A stretch of 20,000 nucleotides of DNA, taken from the IMG/VR virus record IMGVR_UViG_3300020599_000005; one strand, written 5' to 3'. A program made the translations under genes and the position numbers. A model generated the notes under the pieces. That model worked only from the letters and a program-made list of their open reading frames with translations, searched no databases and was not told where the DNA came from. Source of the DNA: an uncultured virus (IMG/VR IMGVR_UViG_3300020599_000005) (lineage: Duplodnaviria > Heunggongvirae > Uroviricota > Caudoviricetes). Below are positions 16,041 to 20,000 of this stretch, piece by piece (the stretch's first letter is position 1; every line of letters begins with the position of its first letter).

Positions 16041-16837
16041 CCGAGAAAATCAAACACCCGCAATCCATCCTCACTGTCGATCTGGAATTTCTGGAGAAGG
16101 CACACATCGGCGAAGGCTGGACCTGGATCAACCAGAGCCTGCGCTACAAGGACTTCTGCGAAGCGTCCAAGCCGTACGTCTCCCTGCGTCAGCGCAACGC
16201 CCTGGAAGTGAACATCCAGCAGAAGCAAATCCTGCCTTACGGCGTCTTCGTGCGTGGCGGCGGCCGCCTGCCGCTTCAGGTAGCCATCTACCAGCGCATG
16301 GAAGGGGTCGGCGAGTCCCGGCTGGCCAAGGCGTTCTCCATCGGCTTCGCCGGCCACCTGGACAAGCCCGATGCGGTCTGGGTACCGGCCAACCAAGAAG
16401 AGATCGATGCTGGTCCTGATGCCTACTCGGTGCTGGACGTGGCCGCTTCCATCACCAAGGGCTACATCCGTGAACTGAACCAGGAAGTGAAGTTCACTGC
16501 CAGCCTGGTCGTACCGGAAGACGGTGTGGACCTGGGTCCGATCGAGCTCACCCTCGATCAGGCGCTGGTCGAACCGCTCAACCTTGAGATCGACCTGCAA
16601 GGTTACATAAACGACAACCAAGGCGATTACAAGAACGGCAAACCGCCGGTGGGCATGAACCACATGGCGCTGGTCACGGAACTGCACATCAAGGACGGCG
16701 TGGAGATCGACTGCCGTGAAGCAGAGCTGGAGTTCTACGGCTGGATGACCTTCTCGGAACTCGAGAACTCGGACATCTTCGAAAAACTCGAGCCGTGGTC
16801 GAAGATCGCGCTCAAAGCCTTCCGTCAGTTCTACTGA
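16037..16837 (+). CDS. Nudix/MutT-family putative phosphoesterase (YmaB/COG4112-like)
   Basis: R..LE.....KQILPY, YQR..G.GESRL...FSIGF.GH.D, RELNQEV, G.IND...VG..H and LE.WS; GTGA start/stop overlap. Confidence 0.8.
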   Translation: MTEKIKHPQSILTVDLEFLEKAHIGEGWTWINQSLRYKDFCEASKPYVSLRQRNALEVNIQQKQILPYGVFVRGGGRLPLQVAIYQRMEGVGESRLAKAFSIGFAGHLDKPDAVWVPANQEEIDAGPDAYSVLDVAASITKGYIRELNQEVKFTASLVVPEDGVDLGPIELTLDQALVEPLNLEIDLQGYINDNQGDYKNGKPPVGMNHMALVTELHIKDGVEIDCREAELEFYGWMTFSELENSDIFEKLEPWSKIALKAFRQFY

Positions 16838-16867
16838 CGGCATATGGGGGAGCTTCGGCTCCCCCAT
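16838..16867. terminator. GC hairpin with 5' CGGCATA foot
   Basis: CGGCAT-ATGGGGGAGC-TTCG-GCTCCCCCAT, near-identical to 6675-6706. Confidence 0.7.
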
Positions 16868-16892
16868 TCAAATTCCTTTTTTCATTTCGTTT

Positions 16893-16907
16893 GGGCAATA
16901 CATTATC
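16893..16907 (+). promoter_or_regulatory. GGGCAATACATTATC candidate early promoter (copy 3)
   Basis: Exact repeat of 10659-10673; preceded by a T-rich tract; 39 nt before the macrodomain start. Confidence 0.6.
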
Positions 16908-16945
16908 CGAATGACTCATCCCAACGTCCATTAGGAGACTTTATC

Positions 16946-17632
16946 ATGAAATTCATGTTCATTGCCCCGAGCGAAGCCGATTTCCTGGCCTTGTCTCAGA
17001 TGACCAAACATGCCAACGCTCGCTGGCGCAAGTCGCTGGAGGCCGGTACGCTGCGTAATCCTGATGAGATTACCCAGTATGGCGTGGTACGGGGTCTCTT
17101 CAGTCATCTGCACCTGAGTGGCACTGATGCCTTCGTGGCGCCGGGTAACTCGTTTGGTCACATGACCGGTGGTTTCGACAAGGCTCTGGTGGATGTCCTG
17201 GGTGTTGACCTGGATACCAAGGTGCGTAACCTGATCAATGAAGAGTATCTCGGTGAGATGCCTGTGGGTACGGCAGATTTCATCGAGATTGCTGAGCGAT
17301 TCGTGATCTATGCACCGACCATGCGTGTCCCTAAGGAGCTGCCTCATGGTACTGATGTACCATTCCTGGCTACCTCGGCGGCATTGAACGTCATCCACCA
17401 ACTGAACAAAGACCTCCCACTGGATGAACAGCCAATCAAGTCGGTGCTGATTCCTCTTATGGGTGTGGGTACCGGCAAGGTGCCTCGTCATGTGGCGGCC
17501 ATGCAGATCTACGCAGCCACGGTGCGGTACACCGAAAAGGTGCAGATCGGCGATCTCTGGGGCGATGGTGGCGATTGGGATCGTTACATCGCTGACTCCT
17601 GGAAACTCAAGGATCATGAAAGCATGAACTGA
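16946..17632 (+). CDS. Macrodomain (ADP-ribose-binding/hydrolase) protein
   Basis: DAFVAPGNSFGHMTGGFD.AL, YAPTMRVP, SVLIPLMGVGTG.V; start ATG 16946 with AGGAG RBS. Confidence 0.88.
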   Translation: MKFMFIAPSEADFLALSQMTKHANARWRKSLEAGTLRNPDEITQYGVVRGLFSHLHLSGTDAFVAPGNSFGHMTGGFDKALVDVLGVDLDTKVRNLINEEYLGEMPVGTADFIEIAERFVIYAPTMRVPKELPHGTDVPFLATSAALNVIHQLNKDLPLDEQPIKSVLIPLMGVGTGKVPRHVAAMQIYAATVRYTEKVQIGDLWGDGGDWDRYIADSWKLKDHESMN

Positions 17633-17642
17633 GGAGGTAGGG

Positions 17643-17897
17643 ATGAATCTGGCAGCACGGTTGGTTAACTACGAGAAACTCCAACACGGGATGTACATCG
17701 TCCGTACCCAAGCCGGTTTTCGTAAGGCACTGCGAGAGTTCTGGGGAGAGGACCCGGAAGAGAAACAGAGGCCAGGCTCCTACCCGAGTGCCTATCCAGC
17801 GCTGGTCGTCTTCAGCAATGCGTATTGTGGCTACCATTATGTGGCATGCAACACCATCCACCTCAATACGCTGAAGAAAGCCATCGATAGACACTAG
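17643..17897 (+). CDS. Small phage hypothetical protein (84 aa)
   Basis: GAGGAGGT RBS, ATG start. Confidence 0.7.
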   Translation: MNLAARLVNYEKLQHGMYIVRTQAGFRKALREFWGEDPEEKQRPGSYPSAYPALVVFSNAYCGYHYVACNTIHLNTLKKAIDRH

Positions 17898-17906
17898 GGG
17901 AGCATT

Positions 17907-18416
17907 ATGCCCATCATTGGACTGATAACCGAGGGGCTTAAATCCAAAGCCTCGTGGATCGTCATCGGTATCGCGCTCGTGACGCTACTGATCATGGCGA
18001 TTATCCTCGAGAAGAAAGACAATACCATCTTGAAGAAAGATAACCAGATCGTCACGCAAGCGGCGGATCAGGCGACTCAATCGGCGAAGGTGGTGACCCA
18101 GGATCAACAACTCAAGGAACAGGTGAATGCCACCGCTATTCAAGAGAAGGATAGCAGTGCGACCACCTTCGCTGAGATCAAGCGTCAGGCTAATGCCCAG
18201 TTGGCTGATGCGCTAAAATCACCAGCACCTGCCGAGTCTGTGGTCCCAGCGGTTAGCGAGTCCAGTACGAAGGCTCCCACACCCGAGGCACCTGTAAAAC
18301 CCCAGGTGATTTACCAACCCAGTCCCGAGCAGGTGGCCAAAAGTCAGAAGGTGGCTACTATCGTGATCGATACCATGTGGCAGAGCTACTGCGCTGCCGG
18401 AGGTAAGTGTCCGTGA
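17907..18416 (+). CDS. Candidate inner-membrane spanin (Rz-like)
   Basis: Single N-terminal TM helix, Q/A-rich coiled coil, Pro-rich linker, C-terminal Cys pair; coupled via GTGA to a lipoprotein gene. Confidence 0.6.
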   Translation: MPIIGLITEGLKSKASWIVIGIALVTLLIMAIILEKKDNTILKKDNQIVTQAADQATQSAKVVTQDQQLKEQVNATAIQEKDSSATTFAEIKRQANAQLADALKSPAPAESVVPAVSESSTKAPTPEAPVKPQVIYQPSPEQVAKSQKVATIVIDTMWQSYCAAGGKCP

Positions 18417-18706
18417 AGCGCTTATTCGCCGTACTCGCTTTGCTCTTGCTGACTGGCTGTACGCAGAAGGTCTATATTCCGGTGCCGTACTATGTGCTGC
18501 CTGAGGATAGCTGGCTGACGGACGTACCTGTGGTACCACCGCCAGATCGTCAGCAATTCCTGGCTGCTGATCCCGATACTCGTCTGTCCATGTGCATGGG
18601 TGTCTACGTCGATCAGGTGGAAAAAATTGCCAGTAAGAACATCGACCTCAAGGCAGCCAGAACCTGGAAGGCTGACAGTAAGGCCAAATCCACAACGCCT
18701 AAGTAA
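18413..18706 (+). CDS. Candidate outer-membrane spanin (Rz1-like lipoprotein, 97 aa)
   Basis: GTG 18413 with GGAGGT RBS; lipobox LTG|C; Pro-rich mature N-terminus (IPVP..LP...VPVVPPP) then a helix. Confidence 0.65.
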   Translation: MKRLFAVLALLLLTGCTQKVYIPVPYYVLPEDSWLTDVPVVPPPDRQQFLAADPDTRLSMCMGVYVDQVEKIASKNIDLKAARTWKADSKAKSTTPK

Positions 18707-18708
18707 AC

Positions 18709-18739
18709 GCATACGGGAGGCTTAGCCTCCTTTATGCCG
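18709..18739. terminator. GC hairpin with both GCATA and TATGCCG feet
   Basis: GCATA-CG-GGAGGC-TTA-GCCTCC-TT-TATGCCG. Confidence 0.65.
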
Positions 18740-18769
18740 TAAGGGGACCTCACGAAGAGGCTGGTTTCA

Positions 18770-19072
18770 ATGTCTATTAACGAAGAATTCCGTCAGCATA
18801 CGCTCAAAGCCATGCAGTGGCGTGCGAACCCTGTGCTCATGTCCGCACTAAGCAAGGTCGATGGCACGGGTTTGACCGAGATTGAGGAAGTAGAACTTTC
18901 TGCCTTCCTGGGCGTCATTACTACTTACGTGGGCATCATTCGCAACAAACCCAGCCAGCTGGCTGTGGTGAATGAGATGCTCAAGATCAATCTCGTCTAC
19001 GGCCATGACAAAGAAGGCAGAGCTGCTCTGGTATTCGCCGATATGCCCAGGACTGTCACATGGGCCCTTTGA
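18770..19072 (+). CDS. Hypothetical protein (100 aa)
   Basis: GAGG RBS, ATG start. Confidence 0.65.
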   Translation: MSINEEFRQHTLKAMQWRANPVLMSALSKVDGTGLTEIEEVELSAFLGVITTYVGIIRNKPSQLAVVNEMLKINLVYGHDKEGRAALVFADMPRTVTWAL

Positions 19073-19446
19073 CTCTTTGGCAGCGACTTCGCCTTTGGCT
19101 GAAATCTGATGGTAAGCCCCACTATGACTCCAAGCCCAGCACTCCTTATCGCGTGGAATTCTTGGACAAGCCTCTGGTCATCGAGGCAGCTGATCTTCCC
19201 GCCAATATGGTCAGCGCCGGTGTCCTACGGGCGGTAGGCAATTGCTGGCGTTATCGTAGTGGTAACTATCAGGTGGTCATGACCTACCATCGCATGGACG
19301 GTGGCTTCTTGGGTGAATCCAGCGATCGCATTTTCCTGCGTCCGGGTTCCCCTGAGCTGACGGAGGACGAGATTCATGTTCTAATCAGAGATCATGTGAT
19401 TTCCCTGTTCCGCAAAGCTGTTCTATTTAGCGGTAGCAGTCGGTAA
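19060..19446 (+). CDS. Hypothetical protein (128 aa)
   Basis: AGGA RBS; 13-nt overlap with the previous gene. Confidence 0.6.
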   Translation: MGPLTLWQRLRLWLKSDGKPHYDSKPSTPYRVEFLDKPLVIEAADLPANMVSAGVLRAVGNCWRYRSGNYQVVMTYHRMDGGFLGESSDRIFLRPGSPELTEDEIHVLIRDHVISLFRKAVLFSGSSR

Positions 19447-19514
19447 TGATCTGTATCACGTAGCATCTTCGCTGCGAGATGCTCACCCGAATTTCCCATC
19501 CTAGGAGATGAAAG

Positions 19515-20000
19515 ATGGCTGATACTCCCCGCACCTGGGGCGCCCTGGTCGCTCTGCTCGGCGCTGAAGACGCTCGTATCTTCCACGTCAAGTACGGCCA
19601 GAACCTGTTCCCGAGCGCTGACATCAACAACCCGGTCTCGCCGTACAACCTGTTCCAGACCGACATGTCCGACGCTGCCAAGCGTTTCCTGACCGAACGT
19701 GGCATCGAGTTCGACACCACCATCGGCGATCCGCCGGCGGCCTACACCGCCCAGGCCGACCTGCCCGTGCAATCGGGCAACCTGACCCGTCAGAACGTCA
19801 CCGACCTCAAGGCCGCGCCCGCCGGCGCCGTCAGCTGGGAAAATGACGGCCGGGTCCCTCCGCTGACCGACGCCGATCTGGCACCGGGTGAAGAAGAGCC
19901 GGAGAACCCCGAGGAACCGGAAGATCCGGAGCCTGAACCCGAACCGGAGCCGGAAGACACCACTCCGCCGGAAGCACCGGTGCTGGGCGAACCCGAAGGT
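19515..20000 (+). CDS. Partial gene: N-terminal domain + (EP)n linker, probably followed by a bacterial Ig-like domain (candidate virion decoration protein)
   Basis: Not in the ORF track because it has no stop in the window. AGGAG RBS, ATG 19515, 162 open codons: MADTPRTWGALVALLG...GEEEPENPEEPEDPEPEPEPEPEDTTPPEAPVLGEPEG. Confidence 0.8.
   Translation, partial: MADTPRTWGALVALLGAEDARIFHVKYGQNLFPSADINNPVSPYNLFQTDMSDAAKRFLTERGIEFDTTIGDPPAAYTAQADLPVQSGNLTRQNVTDLKAAPAGAVSWENDGRVPPLTDADLAPGEEEPENPEEPEDPEPEPEPEPEDTTPPEAPVLGEPEG
19888..19957 (+). repeat. Degenerate 6-9 nt coding repeats (GA(A/G)CC(G/C/T)) encoding the Glu-Pro linker
   Basis: gagccggagaaccccgaggaaccggaagatccggagcctgaacccgaaccggagccggaa. 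Confidence 0.7.

Noticed and set aside
11906..16945. Extended N-termini in the ORF track for tmk (11906), the exonuclease (15516), the macrodomain (16844) and the ORFs at 14544 and 14695
   Set aside because: They overlap upstream genes, hairpins or intergenic DNA; downstream ATGs mostly have better RBSs and match domain starts
3530..18739. Hairpin repeats as a CRISPR array or integron attC sites
   Set aside because: They are dispersed, variable in sequence, not regularly spaced, lack RYYYAAC/GTTRRRY ends, and no cas or integrase gene is present
5523..19450. GTAAT(G/A) upstream of codon-biased genes (around 5526, 9704, 19443) as a late promoter
   Set aside because: Too short, often coincides with TAA stop codons, and cannot be distinguished from chance without TSS data
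19447..19514. tRNA or other RNA gene in intergenic gaps
   Set aside because: No cloverleaf or T-loop GTTCGA/CCA signature was found here or in the other gaps
144..19772. Many long minus-strand ORFs (e.g. 144-842, 1753-2514, 12017-12694, 16031-16867, 16931-17617)
   Set aside because: They are antisense shadows of codon-biased + strand genes, with no RBS or recognisable motifs

Overview
A 20 kb segment of a large dsDNA phage genome, most likely a phiKZ-like (Chimalliviridae-type) jumbo phage. This assignment is inferred from gene content and recalled similarity; no search was run. About 35 tightly packed genes all lie on the + strand. The window opens with three conserved-looking virion/core genes (75-3489). 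A long accessory region follows, encoding a radical SAM protein, DHFR, an RyR-domain protein, a divergent QueC-like PP-loop/zinc enzyme, a SLOG/DprA-like protein, a small lipoprotein, thymidylate kinase, a DEDDh exonuclease, a Nudix-like protein, a macrodomain protein, a candidate two-component spanin pair, many hypothetical proteins, and the start of a Pro/Glu-linker protein probably followed by Ig-like domains. The intergenic DNA has its own grammar. Eight GC-rich hairpins lack a normal U-tract and instead carry a TATG(C/T)C / GCATA foot, and two of them face inward around a single 92-aa gene. A TACATTATC motif occurs three times (GGGCAATACATTATC twice exactly) and looks like a phage-RNAP early promoter. 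No tRNA, rRNA, CRISPR array or transposase was seen.
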